A DNA stretch of 31,906 nucleotides from a virus (lineage: Duplodnaviria > Caudoviricetes). This document shows, piece by piece, positions 14,965 through 24,604 of the stretch (position 1 is the stretch's first letter; the number at the start of each line of letters is the position of its first letter). The stretch covers positions 1 through 31,906 of the IMG/VR virus record IMGVR_UViG_3300048082_000027; one strand, given 5' to 3'. The position numbers and the translations under genes are program-made. A model generated the notes under the pieces. It searched no databases and had not been told where the DNA came from. It was given only the letters and a program-made list of their open reading frames with translations.

Positions 14965-15394
14965 GGCGAAACAGGATCTGCAGGATTGGGCAGGATGGAA
15001 ACGGACAGTTAGTTTACTGCAAGAAACCAAAGCACTAATACAAAACACAACACTTGGTATTCGTTACGATACTGATGATATGCCGGGTGGGAACCATCAA
15101 TCAATACATCAAAAGATGGCAAGAATAATCGAGGAAGTAGAAAAATATGATCACGTGATTGGTCAGTATGAATTTTTGATCAATAGGTTAGAGTCAGGTA
15201 TAAATACGTTGTTAACAAAAGATGAGAAAGAGGTAGTGATTATATACGCAAACAATCAAACATCTGAAAAGAGAGAGGTAGAGGCATTAGTTAAGGGTTA
15301 TTCCCGAGCATCGTATTATAGGATACTGGATATAGCTATTGATAAACTGGATAAAGTATTACAACCCCTTGATACTAAATTGATACTAAAATAG
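14954..15394 (+). CDS. Late transcriptional activator, RinA/ArpU-like
   Basis: Last gene before the terminase; C-terminal sigma-region-4-like HTH (LTKDEKEVV...GYSRASYYRILDIAIDKL). Confidence 0.72.
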   Translation: MMSRAKQDLQDWAGWKRTVSLLQETKALIQNTTLGIRYDTDDMPGGNHQSIHQKMARIIEEVEKYDHVIGQYEFLINRLESGINTLLTKDEKEVVIIYANNQTSEKREVEALVKGYSRASYYRILDIAIDKLDKVLQPLDTKLILK

Positions 15395-15413
15395 CCTTAT
15401 TTAATGATAAAAT
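15369..15413 (+). promoter_or_regulatory. Late promoter: tandem 11-bp activator sites plus extended -10
   Basis: TTGATACTAAA twice (15369-15390) and TGATAAAAT (15405-15413). Confidence 0.72.
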
Positions 15414-15455
15414 GTTAATATAGAGTTTTTGGGCAAAGGCTCTACAACAACATTT

Positions 15456-15490
15456 AAAAAAGGACATTCAATACGAGTGTCTTTTTTGTT
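15456..15490 (+). terminator. Intrinsic terminator-like hairpin, possibly bidirectional
   Basis: AAAAAAGGACATTC-AATAC-GAGTGTCTTTTTT. Confidence 0.7.
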
Positions 15491-15566
15491 TTACACAGCG
15501 GTATTGGTTTGTTCTCCTTCTCCAGTATCGCTCTGTAAGATATAAACTAAGAAAGGAGTGGAGTTG

Positions 15567-16031
15567 ATGGCAAAATATCAAGAATGGCTTGAACCCGAAG
15601 CTTTATTAAAGTTAGAAGGCTGGGCAAGAGATGGTTTAATCGACGAGCAAATCGCAAGTAACATGGGCATCCGTAGAGAAACCTTAATTGACTGGAAAAA
15701 GAAGTACCCTAACATATCTAACGCCTTAAAAAAGGGTAAAGAAGTAGTTGATATCCAAGTTGAAAATGCACTCCTTAAAAGGGCTCTTGGCTATGAATAC
15801 GACGAGGTGACCACGGAAAAGGGAGCAATATCTAAAATCGTGACTAAACAAATGGCGCCAGATACTACAGCTCAAATATTTTGGTTAAAGAATCGTCGAC
15901 CTGATAAATGGCGTGATAAACAATCGCTAGAACATAGTGGTAATGTGGATATTAAAAGACAATACGAGCAAATGACCGACGAAGAGTTAGAGGAATTGGC
16001 TAAACGATATGAAAAAGTCAATAGCGCCTAA
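15567..16031 (+). CDS. terS: Terminase small subunit
   Basis: HTH (WARDGLIDEQIASNMGI), VENALLKRALG, PDTTAQIFWLKNR; upstream of terL. Confidence 0.88.
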   Translation: MAKYQEWLEPEALLKLEGWARDGLIDEQIASNMGIRRETLIDWKKKYPNISNALKKGKEVVDIQVENALLKRALGYEYDEVTTEKGAISKIVTKQMAPDTTAQIFWLKNRRPDKWRDKQSLEHSGNVDIKRQYEQMTDEELEELAKRYEKVNSA

Positions 16032-17427
16032 TAAAATTGATTATCTAATAATCCAGAGGACATTAGCAATACGTAAGGCTAGGAGTAATTTCTGGTCTTT
16101 TTGTCATTTGTTGTATCCTGATTTTTACAAAGTAGACAGGCACTATTTGCGTGATCTTTGCGATACATTACAAGCGTTTTATAACGGCGATATCGACAAG
16201 CAAATATTAATCATCAACATGCCCCCTAGGCACGGCAAAACCTTTACAGCAAGGTTATTCGTATTGTGGGTATTTGGGCAAGACTCTACTACTAAGTTTA
16301 TGACAGCTTCTTATAACCAAATATTGAGTAGTTTATTTGCACAGCAGACACGTGACGGGGTGTTGGTCGAAAACGAGAATATCAGAAAAGAATTTTTCAC
16401 TGATATATTCCCGGATGTAAAAATAAAATACGGCGACTCGGCTAAAGGATTTTGGAGCTTGGAGGGGTCAGAAGAAAAGAACTATTTAGCAACATCTCCC
16501 AATGGTACAGCCACAGGGATAGGAGCAAATTATGTACTTGTCGATGACATCATTAAGGATAGAGAAGAAGCTTATAACGATAGAGTGAAAGAGAGTCACT
16601 GGGAATGGTATAACAACACACTGGTTCAACGTATGGAAAAACCAAGAAAACAAATATTGATTATGACACGTTGGGCTAGTGATGATCTAGTTGGCAAAAT
16701 GCTAGAAAAGAAAAAAGATAAATGTCATGTGATTACTTACAAGGCGGTTAACGATAACAACGTCATGTTATGCGATGAAATTATGACATATTCTGAATTG
16801 CAAGACGTTACTGCTAACATGGGTGCAGACATTGCCAGTGCCAATTACCAACAAGAGCCGATAGACATTAAAGGGCGCTTGTACAGTTCGTTTAGAACCT
16901 ATAGCAAATTACCAGTTGATAATAATGGTGATAGTCTGTTTGATGGTATTTACGCATACACGGATACAGCAGACGAGGGCGACGACTACTTATGTTGTAT
17001 TGTCTTTGGTGTATATAACCATGAGGCGTATATATTGGATATACTCTTCACGAGGCAACCTATGGAGGAAACCGAACCGATGACAGCCAAGGTATTGCAT
17101 GAAAATGATGTAAACGTTGCTAGGTTTGAGTCCAACAACGGGGGTAAAGGTCATGCAAGGAATGTTGATAGGCACTTAAAAGAAGATTTTGATAACTATT
17201 ATACCGATATAACTTGGTTTCATCAAAGCAAGAATAAAAAGGCACGTATCTTGACTAACGCAACATGGGTAATGAAACACATACATTTCCCTAATGATTG
17301 GGCAGACAGATGGTCAAAATTTTACAACTCTATGGTCAAGTATCAAAGAGAAGGGAAAAACAAACACGATGATGCCCAAGATGCAATAACAGGTGTAGCA
17401 GAAACAGTAATAGGAGGTAATTTATAG
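16009..17427 (+). CDS. terL: Terminase large subunit
   Basis: INMPPRHGKT Walker A, VLVDD Walker B, MTRW, nuclease motifs DTADEGDD and HDDAQDA. Confidence 0.96.
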   Translation: MKKSIAPNKIDYLIIQRTLAIRKARSNFWSFCHLLYPDFYKVDRHYLRDLCDTLQAFYNGDIDKQILIINMPPRHGKTFTARLFVLWVFGQDSTTKFMTASYNQILSSLFAQQTRDGVLVENENIRKEFFTDIFPDVKIKYGDSAKGFWSLEGSEEKNYLATSPNGTATGIGANYVLVDDIIKDREEAYNDRVKESHWEWYNNTLVQRMEKPRKQILIMTRWASDDLVGKMLEKKKDKCHVITYKAVNDNNVMLCDEIMTYSELQDVTANMGADIASANYQQEPIDIKGRLYSSFRTYSKLPVDNNGDSLFDGIYAYTDTADEGDDYLCCIVFGVYNHEAYILDILFTRQPMEETEPMTAKVLHENDVNVARFESNNGGKGHARNVDRHLKEDFDNYYTDITWFHQSKNKKARILTNATWVMKHIHFPNDWADRWSKFYNSMVKYQREGKNKHDDAQDAITGVAETVIGGNL

Positions 17428-17428
17428 A

Positions 17429-18976
17429 ATGGGGTGGTTTAAGACTATGCTAAAAAGTTGGTTGGAAATAACAGAAAATGGTGGTCAAACTTACACGATA
17501 AATAGTTTGTATGATTACCAAGGTAATGCAATTAAAAATAAAATATGGTACCGTGGCGATCCTTACGAATTATACCAGTTTTACAGTCAATCACAGAACC
17601 GCGATGCCTCTTTTTGGTCGGTGGTATCGCAAGCCAGAATTACCCCAAGGATGATACACACAGGGTTACCGTCGTTAATCGTTGACACATTAGCAGGTAT
17701 CATTGTCAGTGATTATAATGGGGTAGAAATTGATAAGAAAAAGAATGACGACGGAGAAGTTATTGAAAGTGAGTATCAAAAAATATGGGATGAAATAGAA
17801 AAAGACAATAATTTCGATGACTTGCTAGAAGAAGTAATCACCGTATTACTGCACACCGGGGATGGTGCATTTAAATTCAGCCTGGATACTGATATTACAG
17901 AACAACCTATATTAGAATTTTTTTCAGGCGATAAAATAGAATTTGAATATAATCGTGGTAGATTCCAAGAAACTATATTTAAAACTAACTATACAATAAA
18001 AAATAAAAAGTATGTACACTTAGAGCGATACGGGTTTGGTTATATAAAACACGAATTGCGAACGTTTAATGATGATAAAGAGGTACCGTTATCAACAATT
18101 CCCGAACTGGCAAACCTACAAAACGTTGCGTTTGGCGGATATCGAGAAGATAGCGAAGGCAATGTAATAACCAAAGGGACATTTAATATGTCAATCCCCG
18201 TAATATTTAAAAAGAGTTCAAAGTTTAAGGGTAGAGGGGAATCGATATTTGATAAAAAGATTTCTAATTTCGATGCTTTTGATGAGATTGTTTCACAGTG
18301 GCTAGATGCTTTTCGTTCTGGGAGGGCAAGGGAGTATATTCCAACTTCGATGATACCACGTTCTAAAGAAACAGGAGAATTGCTACGTCCTAATCCATTC
18401 GATAGTCGATTTATACCAGTTAATAAAACAAGTTTTGACGAAGGGAAAGCTGGACAAATAGAAGTTGTACAGGCCGCTATACCGTCTGAAAATTATCTAG
18501 AATCGTATATAACGATATTAGATTTATGCTTGCAAGGGGTAATTAGTCCTAGTACATTAGGGATTGATACTAAAAAGTTAGACAACGCAGAAGCACAGCG
18601 AGAAAAAGAAAAAACTACTTTGCAAACCAGGGGGCGATTGGTAACTAAATTGCGTTCTGTTATTCCCGAAGTGGTCGAAGTTGCGTTGAATATCCATTAT
18701 TTAAAAACAAATAAACTACCACCAATTGATTTACCTATTGACGTTAATTTTGGAGAGTATGCTAATCCATCATTTGAGGCTGTTGTGGAAACCGTAGTAA
18801 AAGGTAAACAAGGACAAGTTATGTCGATAAGGAGTGTCCTGGATGAATTATACGGAGATACAAAAGACGATGTATGGAAGAAAGAAGAAGAAGCTAGGAT
18901 AAAAGAAGAGAATGGCATTATGCAAGTTGAGGAACCCACAGTAACCTCTTACGACGGTGAGTTAGATGTCGAATAA
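17429..18976 (+). CDS. Portal protein
   Basis: 515 aa directly after terL; GRGESIF, ISPSTLG, VNFGEY features. Confidence 0.85.
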   Translation: MGWFKTMLKSWLEITENGGQTYTINSLYDYQGNAIKNKIWYRGDPYELYQFYSQSQNRDASFWSVVSQARITPRMIHTGLPSLIVDTLAGIIVSDYNGVEIDKKKNDDGEVIESEYQKIWDEIEKDNNFDDLLEEVITVLLHTGDGAFKFSLDTDITEQPILEFFSGDKIEFEYNRGRFQETIFKTNYTIKNKKYVHLERYGFGYIKHELRTFNDDKEVPLSTIPELANLQNVAFGGYREDSEGNVITKGTFNMSIPVIFKKSSKFKGRGESIFDKKISNFDAFDEIVSQWLDAFRSGRAREYIPTSMIPRSKETGELLRPNPFDSRFIPVNKTSFDEGKAGQIEVVQAAIPSENYLESYITILDLCLQGVISPSTLGIDTKKLDNAEAQREKEKTTLQTRGRLVTKLRSVIPEVVEVALNIHYLKTNKLPPIDLPIDVNFGEYANPSFEAVVETVVKGKQGQVMSIRSVLDELYGDTKDDVWKKEEEARIKEENGIMQVEEPTVTSYDGELDVE

Positions 18977-20225
18977 AAATGATGAAGTAAATGTTCAAAA
19001 GGATATTGAACAGCAAAGGCGAAAAGCTACTAATGATGGTTATAGCTTAAAAGATATCTTTGTCGAGATGGAACTGGAGCTTGTCGCATCGTTAAAGCGT
19101 AATTTAAAACGCCATCTCAAAGAAGAAATAAAAGAGGGGTTTGCTTGGGAACAATGGCAAAAGGCTTCGTTAAGAGATATTAATAGGTTTAGGAAAGAAA
19201 ATAAAGCTATTATCGGATCGTACAGCAAGGAAATTGAAGACACCATAAACGAAGTGCTATCAACTACATATGATAACCAGCTAATCCGCAAAGATGATGC
19301 TGGTTTTTCTTTGTCACCAACAGGTACAGAATTAAAAGAGTTGGAAAAATCTCCTATCTCTATGCCTATAAGTGACAAAAAAATGTTACCAGGTACTACG
19401 CCACCCCTTGAAAAGAGTTTCTTTGGTGTTAATGATAGAAAAATGAAAGTTTTAATTACGGAGATGGAAAGTAGTTTTAAAGAAGCGCAAGGAGCTGTAT
19501 TTCGCAAGGCAGAGGATGTTTATAGAAAAACAATATTTAACGCTTCTATACAGTTGAATGCTGGAGCAATCACGTTACCAAAAGCTATTGACTTAGCGGT
19601 AAAAAACTTTTTAAAACAAGGTATTAACTGTATACAATACTCCGATGGTCGAATGGTCAATATTGCAACGTATGCAGAGATGGCGTTACGTACCGCATCC
19701 CAGAGGGCTAAATTTTTAGCAGATGGGAGTAAACGGGCGGAGCAAGGGGTTTATACCATATTGGTGTCAACACACAACACTAGTTGTGATAAATGTTTAA
19801 AATGGCAGGGTCAAATATTAATTGATGATGTGTTTAGTGACCTGTCCACTGATAAAGCCAACGAGCTGGCAAAAGAAACGGGTTATGCATTATTATCTAC
19901 TGCTGTTGCTGATGGGTTATTACACCCTAACTGTCGTCATTTGTTAACAACATACTATCCTGGTATATCAAGAAAACCACCAACTACAGATGAAAAGTTA
20001 GCTCTCAAGAATTACCACGCCGAACAAAGGCAAAGAATGCTAGAAAATAGGATTCGCCAAGCTAAGCGTGAAGTGCATGGGTATGTAGATGAGGTTAATG
20101 TTAGTGATGCTAAAAATGAATTACGTTCCTTACAAAAAGAATTGAGAGAGCATTTAAAAGATAATCCACAACTTAGACGTGCTAGCCACAGAGAAAAAAT
20201 ATATTTGGAAGAGGTGAAAACATGA
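18966..20225 (+). CDS. Minor capsid / head morphogenesis protein (Phage_min_cap2 / MuF-like)
   Basis: YAEMALRT, STHNTSCDKCLKWQG, GLLHPNCRH, QRQRMLENRIR. Confidence 0.88.
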   Translation: MSNKNDEVNVQKDIEQQRRKATNDGYSLKDIFVEMELELVASLKRNLKRHLKEEIKEGFAWEQWQKASLRDINRFRKENKAIIGSYSKEIEDTINEVLSTTYDNQLIRKDDAGFSLSPTGTELKELEKSPISMPISDKKMLPGTTPPLEKSFFGVNDRKMKVLITEMESSFKEAQGAVFRKAEDVYRKTIFNASIQLNAGAITLPKAIDLAVKNFLKQGINCIQYSDGRMVNIATYAEMALRTASQRAKFLADGSKRAEQGVYTILVSTHNTSCDKCLKWQGQILIDDVFSDLSTDKANELAKETGYALLSTAVADGLLHPNCRHLLTTYYPGISRKPPTTDEKLALKNYHAEQRQRMLENRIRQAKREVHGYVDEVNVSDAKNELRSLQKELREHLKDNPQLRRASHREKIYLEEVKT

Positions 20226-20383
20226 AACAAGTAGAGTGTATCAAAGAGTATTACGACACATTATTAAAGAAAACCATCGAAGTAGGTGAAAAGTTCGAGG
20301 TCAATGAAAAAAGAATGAAAACACTTATTGATAATGAAGTAGCAAAAGAAATTAAAAAGGAAATTAAGAAGACAGATAAATAG
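20222..20383 (+). CDS. 53-aa hypothetical protein (not in the ORF track)
   Basis: MKQVECIKEYYD...VGEKFEVNEKR...; SD GAGGTG; ATGA overlap. Confidence 0.72.
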   Translation: MKQVECIKEYYDTLLKKTIEVGEKFEVNEKRMKTLIDNEVAKEIKKEIKKTDK

Positions 20384-20398
20384 CTGTCTTTTTATTTT
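20369..20398 (+). terminator. Intrinsic terminator-like hairpin
   Basis: AAGACAG-8 nt-CTGTCTT followed by TTTATTTT. Confidence 0.6.
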
Positions 20399-20455
20399 GT
20401 CCAATCACGATACGACACTAAACTGTGCGTGGTTTAAAAAACTAGGGAGACACCC
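20398..20455 (+). promoter_or_regulatory. Structured leader upstream of the scaffold gene (GP20-motif-like)
   Basis: Interleaved pairings TGTC/GACA and AATCACG/CGTGGTT, then a GGG-AGACA-CCC mini hairpin before the SD. Confidence 0.45.
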
Positions 20456-20478
20456 GAAATAACAGGAGGAATTACACA

Positions 20479-21093
20479 ATGAAAGAATTTTATGAATTAG
20501 ATTTACAGCTTTTTAATGATGGTGACACAGGGGATGGTGGTAGCAACCAAGACCCACAAAATCCGCCTAACACCACTCCATCAACAAAAGTGGAAATTGA
20601 TTACGACAAAATTGCAGACACGGTTAGCAAACGTAATGCAAAAACGGAAGAAAATATTTTAAAAAGCTATCTAGAAAAACAAGGTCTGACTGGCGACGAT
20701 CTAAATCAGGCTATCACGAATTTTAGAGAAACAAAAGCCCGTGAGACAACAGCCAAGCAAGAAGAGTACCAAAATGTTTTAGCCGAAAACAAGGCACTAA
20801 AAGAAAAAGCAATGAATGCTGATATCACTACTCTTGCCCTGACTTTGAATGTTGATCCTGGAAAGACAGCCTCTTTATTAAAGGTTATCGACCGTACCAC
20901 ATTTGTAAATAAGGACGGTACAACGGACCAAGAGAAGTTGAAAACGGCGATCGAAGAGGCCACAAAAGAGTTTCCAACTTTATTAAAAGAACAAGGTACT
21001 CAAGGATTTAGACAAATTGGGGGTACCGGCGGAAACGGGCAGAGCACTACAGGGGGCAATATTTTAGCTTCCGCATTCGGGAACAAAGATTAA
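20479..21093 (+). CDS. Capsid scaffolding protein
   Basis: LDLQLF N terminus, low-complexity linker, coiled coil, FPTLL...GF; directly before the major capsid gene. Confidence 0.85.
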   Translation: MKEFYELDLQLFNDGDTGDGGSNQDPQNPPNTTPSTKVEIDYDKIADTVSKRNAKTEENILKSYLEKQGLTGDDLNQAITNFRETKARETTAKQEEYQNVLAENKALKEKAMNADITTLALTLNVDPGKTASLLKVIDRTTFVNKDGTTDQEKLKTAIEEATKEFPTLLKEQGTQGFRQIGGTGGNGQSTTGGNILASAFGNKD

Positions 21094-21115
21094 ATAAAGA
21101 AAGAAGGTATAAAAT

Positions 21116-22015
21116 ATGGCGATATATGATTACGCAGAAAACTTTATGAGTGAGATCGAAAGAAAGTACCAAAGAGAATTAACGTCTTACTTTTTAGAGA
21201 ACTCAAACCCACATGTGAAATTTATTAATGCACAGACGATTAAGTTACCACAATTAACAGTGAGTGGTTACAAGGATCACAACCGTAATGTAATGGGATT
21301 TAACACTGGATCATTAAAAAATAGCTGGGTACCTAAAATATTGGAGCACGACAGAAATATTGAAATTCCAGTTGACCCAATGGACATTGACCAAACAAAC
21401 CTAGTATTAGAAATGGCTAACATTCAAAACATTTTCGAAGAGGAACAAGCGATTCCTGAAACGGATTCATACCGTTACTCAAAACTTTATGATGAAGCTA
21501 CTACTTATAAAGATAACGGAGCACATATAGATAATGAAATTTTAACAGAAAGAAATATATTATCGTGGTTCGATGACCGAATGGCAGAAATGGATGACGT
21601 AGGAGTACCATCCGAAGGACGTGTATTATGTGTGACTTCTGCGGTACATAAATTATTAAAAAATGCAGAAGGAATACAAAGAACATTAGGTGTACAATCT
21701 AACAATGGTAAGATTGACCGTCAAGTGTATTCGTTGGATGACGTGGAAATTAAAAAAATACCGTCAGCAAGATTTAAAACAAAGTATAACTTTACAGATG
21801 GTTGTGTCCCTGCTACAACTGCAAAACAGATTAATATGATGTTAATCCATCCGTCATGCCAAGTTACACGCAAAAAATATGCGTACATAAAAGTATTTAC
21901 TCCAGGGCACGACTCAAGAACTGCGGATAAATATGTTTTACAAAACAGAAGCTACGGTGATACTTTTTTATTGGAGCTTAAGGCTCCTGGTATTGCGTTC
22001 AACGTAGAAGCTTAA
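21116..22015 (+). CDS. Major capsid protein
   Basis: 299 aa after the scaffold; IKLPQL...HDR...VDPMDIDQT...PETDSYRYSKL. Confidence 0.9.
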   Translation: MAIYDYAENFMSEIERKYQRELTSYFLENSNPHVKFINAQTIKLPQLTVSGYKDHNRNVMGFNTGSLKNSWVPKILEHDRNIEIPVDPMDIDQTNLVLEMANIQNIFEEEQAIPETDSYRYSKLYDEATTYKDNGAHIDNEILTERNILSWFDDRMAEMDDVGVPSEGRVLCVTSAVHKLLKNAEGIQRTLGVQSNNGKIDRQVYSLDDVEIKKIPSARFKTKYNFTDGCVPATTAKQINMMLIHPSCQVTRKKYAYIKVFTPGHDSRTADKYVLQNRSYGDTFLLELKAPGIAFNVEA

Positions 22016-22026
22016 GGAGGGTTAAC

Positions 22027-22335
22027 ATGCAAGCAGAAAAAAGAAATAAAGTATATACAATTACCGAGCAAGAAAAAGATAGGTATTTAAAAGAGGGTTT
22101 TAATATCATTAAGGATGATGGAACTATAGAACAATCTCCTGTTACAAAGATTAGCATTGCCAAGCACGCAGAAGTAACAGCTGAAAAAGATGCAGTCATT
22201 GAAAAACTAGAGAAAAAAATAAAAGAGCAAGAAAAAGTCATTAAAGCACAGGAAAAAGAGTTAGTTGCACTTAAAAAAGAAGATATACCTAAAAACGAAG
22301 AAGTACCTGAAAAAGATTCTAAAAAGGGAACTTAG
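22027..22335 (+). CDS. Head-region hypothetical protein with a coiled coil
   Basis: Strong SD AAGGAGG; position after the capsid gene. Confidence 0.7.
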   Translation: MQAEKRNKVYTITEQEKDRYLKEGFNIIKDDGTIEQSPVTKISIAKHAEVTAEKDAVIEKLEKKIKEQEKVIKAQEKELVALKKEDIPKNEEVPEKDSKKGT

Positions 22336-22707
22336 GTGACTTGTATGCTATATGCAAATGCGAAGTACTACAAAGACACCTTTTTAGGTACTGCAATACC
22401 TGATGAACAACTAGAAAAAGCATTGTCAAACGCTCAAGATGATATAGATAGTTTGACTTTTAATCGTATTGTTGCAAGGGGTTTTGACAACCTCACTGAT
22501 TTCCAACAAACCAAAGTAAAAAAAGCAGTTTGTCAGCAAGCTGAATTCATGTTCACGCATGGTCCGTATCTCAACTTACCAGTATCTAATTTTAAAGCAG
22601 GTAGCGTATCAATGTCCCTAGAAACGAAAGAGGTCAACGGAATTAAGACAGATGACAGCGTTCTTAATTTATTAGACCAGACGGGCTTAAGATGCCTAAG
22701 GCTATAA
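22336..22707 (+). CDS. Head-tail adaptor protein
   Basis: YANAKYY...IDSLTFNRI...VKKAVCQQAE...GSVS; gene order. Confidence 0.75.
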   Translation: MTCMLYANAKYYKDTFLGTAIPDEQLEKALSNAQDDIDSLTFNRIVARGFDNLTDFQQTKVKKAVCQQAEFMFTHGPYLNLPVSNFKAGSVSMSLETKEVNGIKTDDSVLNLLDQTGLRCLRL

Positions 22708-23036
22708 TATCATCCCCGTTGCCATTTCCTACGTGGGAAGCGGTGGCGGAGATTAAGATATATCAAACCCAAAATACAGAGGACAGCGGTACGATTGAAA
22801 CACTAATTTACGAGGGTAAGGGCATATACGACGAAAAGTCAAGTCAACGATTTGATAAAAAGTCGCACTTGATACAAGTCACTGGGAAGCTAATCATCCA
22901 AGGTGACGTAAAGATAGAAAATCAATTACAGTTTGAGGGTTATGCCATGGTTAACGGGCAAAAGACAGGTATCTACACCTGTTCAAAAAACCGAATGTTA
23001 GGCGTTGTCTATAGTACGGAGTTTGAGCTTAAATGA
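22692..23036 (+). CDS. Putative head closure protein
   Basis: Size and position in the neck module. Confidence 0.6.
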   Translation: MPKAIISSPLPFPTWEAVAEIKIYQTQNTEDSGTIETLIYEGKGIYDEKSSQRFDKKSHLIQVTGKLIIQGDVKIENQLQFEGYAMVNGQKTGIYTCSKNRMLGVVYSTEFELK

Positions 23037-23410
23037 CGAAAGTCAAAGTAAAGGTCAAGTTGGATAAAAGCAAGCTAAAACGCTTAGAAAAGGCATCGGA
23101 AACAGCTTTGAAATTGACCGCCGAGGCTATACTTGCTGACATCATTACTAGGCAAGTAGTACCATTCGAGGAGGGTGAGCTGTCAAAAAGTGGTGATGTC
23201 GTCGAAGCCGAGGGTATATATCAAATTATTTTTAGCACACCGTACGCAAGGCGCTTATATTGGCATCCAGAGTATAATTTTAGAACTGATAAGAATCCTA
23301 ACGCCGAGGGTAAATGGATGGATCATTATTTATCTGGTGAGGGATTGGAATTTGTAATTACAGCATACATGACCTTTTTTAAGCAAGAAGCAAAGGGGTT
23401 GATTACATGA
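23033..23410 (+). CDS. Neck protein (Minor_capsid_2 / HK97-gp10-like)
   Basis: VPFEEGELSKS...TPYARRLYW...NPNAEGKW. Confidence 0.8.
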   Translation: MTKVKVKVKLDKSKLKRLEKASETALKLTAEAILADIITRQVVPFEEGELSKSGDVVEAEGIYQIIFSTPYARRLYWHPEYNFRTDKNPNAEGKWMDHYLSGEGLEFVITAYMTFFKQEAKGLIT

Positions 23411-23796
23411 TACTTTTAAAAGACATCAAAAATTACATGAAAGAGACCATTGACTGTCCAGCTTGGGGAATTAGCAAAAGAGATAGCACCGATGCAAAGT
23501 CTATTACGGTGTATGATACACAAACATTGCCACCCACCATTAACATTGGTGGTCTGCAAAATACTAGGATAGACAGTAAAGCAGTATCTATTTTAATACA
23601 TTGGGGAAAAAACCCCACCGAGGCAGAGTTAAAGGCAAATGAAGTCTTTAATTTTTTCTTTGGGAAAGAGCATTACATACAAGGGCACCGAATTGTTGAT
23701 ATCAATTTTAGACAGGGAAAACCTATCTTTCTTGGTACTGACGATAACGGTGTTTTTGAATATACATTGGAATTAAATTTCAAATACATGAAATGA
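23407..23796 (+). CDS. Tail terminator / completion protein (Minor_capsid_3-like)
   Basis: PIFLGTDDNGVFEY; directly before the major tail gene. Confidence 0.72.
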   Translation: MILLKDIKNYMKETIDCPAWGISKRDSTDAKSITVYDTQTLPPTINIGGLQNTRIDSKAVSILIHWGKNPTEAELKANEVFNFFFGKEHYIQGHRIVDINFRQGKPIFLGTDDNGVFEYTLELNFKYMK

Positions 23797-23812
23797 AATA
23801 GGAGGAAAGAAT

Positions 23813-24262
23813 ATGAGTGATTTTGAAGGGGCGTATCCTGTTAATGCCCTTATTTTTAGGATAGGAACAAAAGGGAGAGCTAGCGGAGAAAAAGATATGT
23901 TAGAAGTTGCTGAAACGACTAGTGTTGAACCGAAATCCGAAGCTTCACTAGAAGAGTGGACACCCATGAATATGGGTGGTTGGGGAAAAGGTTTAGTGAC
24001 ATCGAGAAAATACTCGGTGGATGTAAAAGCTAAACGAAGTGTTGGAAACCCTGGTAATGATTATGTGTACGGTTTGGCGTTTAATATTGGCAGAGACTGT
24101 CAAACAGTCGCTGAAATTGAATTTCCTTTCGAAAAAAAGAAAATTGTTTTTGACTGCATTGTTGACGTTACAAACATGGGCGGAGGAGAATCAACGGATG
24201 TTTCAGGATTGGAATTTACTCTCCATGGTGATGGCATCCCGAAGTGGGTTAATATTGTTTAG
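23813..24262 (+). CDS. Major tail (tube) protein
   Basis: 149 aa; GW..LVT...KRSVGNPGNDY...GGGEST...LEF...G.P; gene order. Confidence 0.8.
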   Translation: MSDFEGAYPVNALIFRIGTKGRASGEKDMLEVAETTSVEPKSEASLEEWTPMNMGGWGKGLVTSRKYSVDVKAKRSVGNPGNDYVYGLAFNIGRDCQTVAEIEFPFEKKKIVFDCIVDVTNMGGGESTDVSGLEFTLHGDGIPKWVNIV

Positions 24263-24274
24263 GAGGAGAAAGAA

Positions 24275-24604
24275 ATGGCAAGAAAATACGATATTATTGA
24301 AAGATTAGAAGCAAAGAATAAAAGACCTTTCATAGTCATTGGTAAAGATAAAACTTTTGAAATAAACACAGAAAAAACCAACGTGTTAGGTATCTTCGCT
24401 ATGGCACGAGATGTAGACGAAGACAATCCAGAAGAACAAGCGAAATTGACAGATAAAATTATTAAGAAGGCGTTAGGAAAAGAAGCTTTTGAATGCATTA
24501 AATCAATGTCTTTAACGTTCGAAGCGGAAAATTATATTGTCGAAACAATTATGGCTGGGATATCTGGCACAGAATTAGACGAGGTGACACAGGCGGGAAA
24601 GTAG
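24275..24604 (+). CDS. Tail assembly chaperone (gpG-like)
   Basis: Between the tube and tape measure genes; ends in the slippery sequence G GGA AAG TAG. Confidence 0.8.
   Translation: MARKYDIIERLEAKNKRPFIVIGKDKTFEINTEKTNVLGIFAMARDVDEDNPEEQAKLTDKIIKKALGKEAFECIKSMSLTFEAENYIVETIMAGISGTELDEVTQAGK

Noticed and set aside
3538-16240. Other TTGCCG/CGGCAA hexamers (about 3538, 6843, 13384, 14805, 16233)
   Set aside because: Inside coding sequence and without convincing flanking stems; not counted in the loop system.
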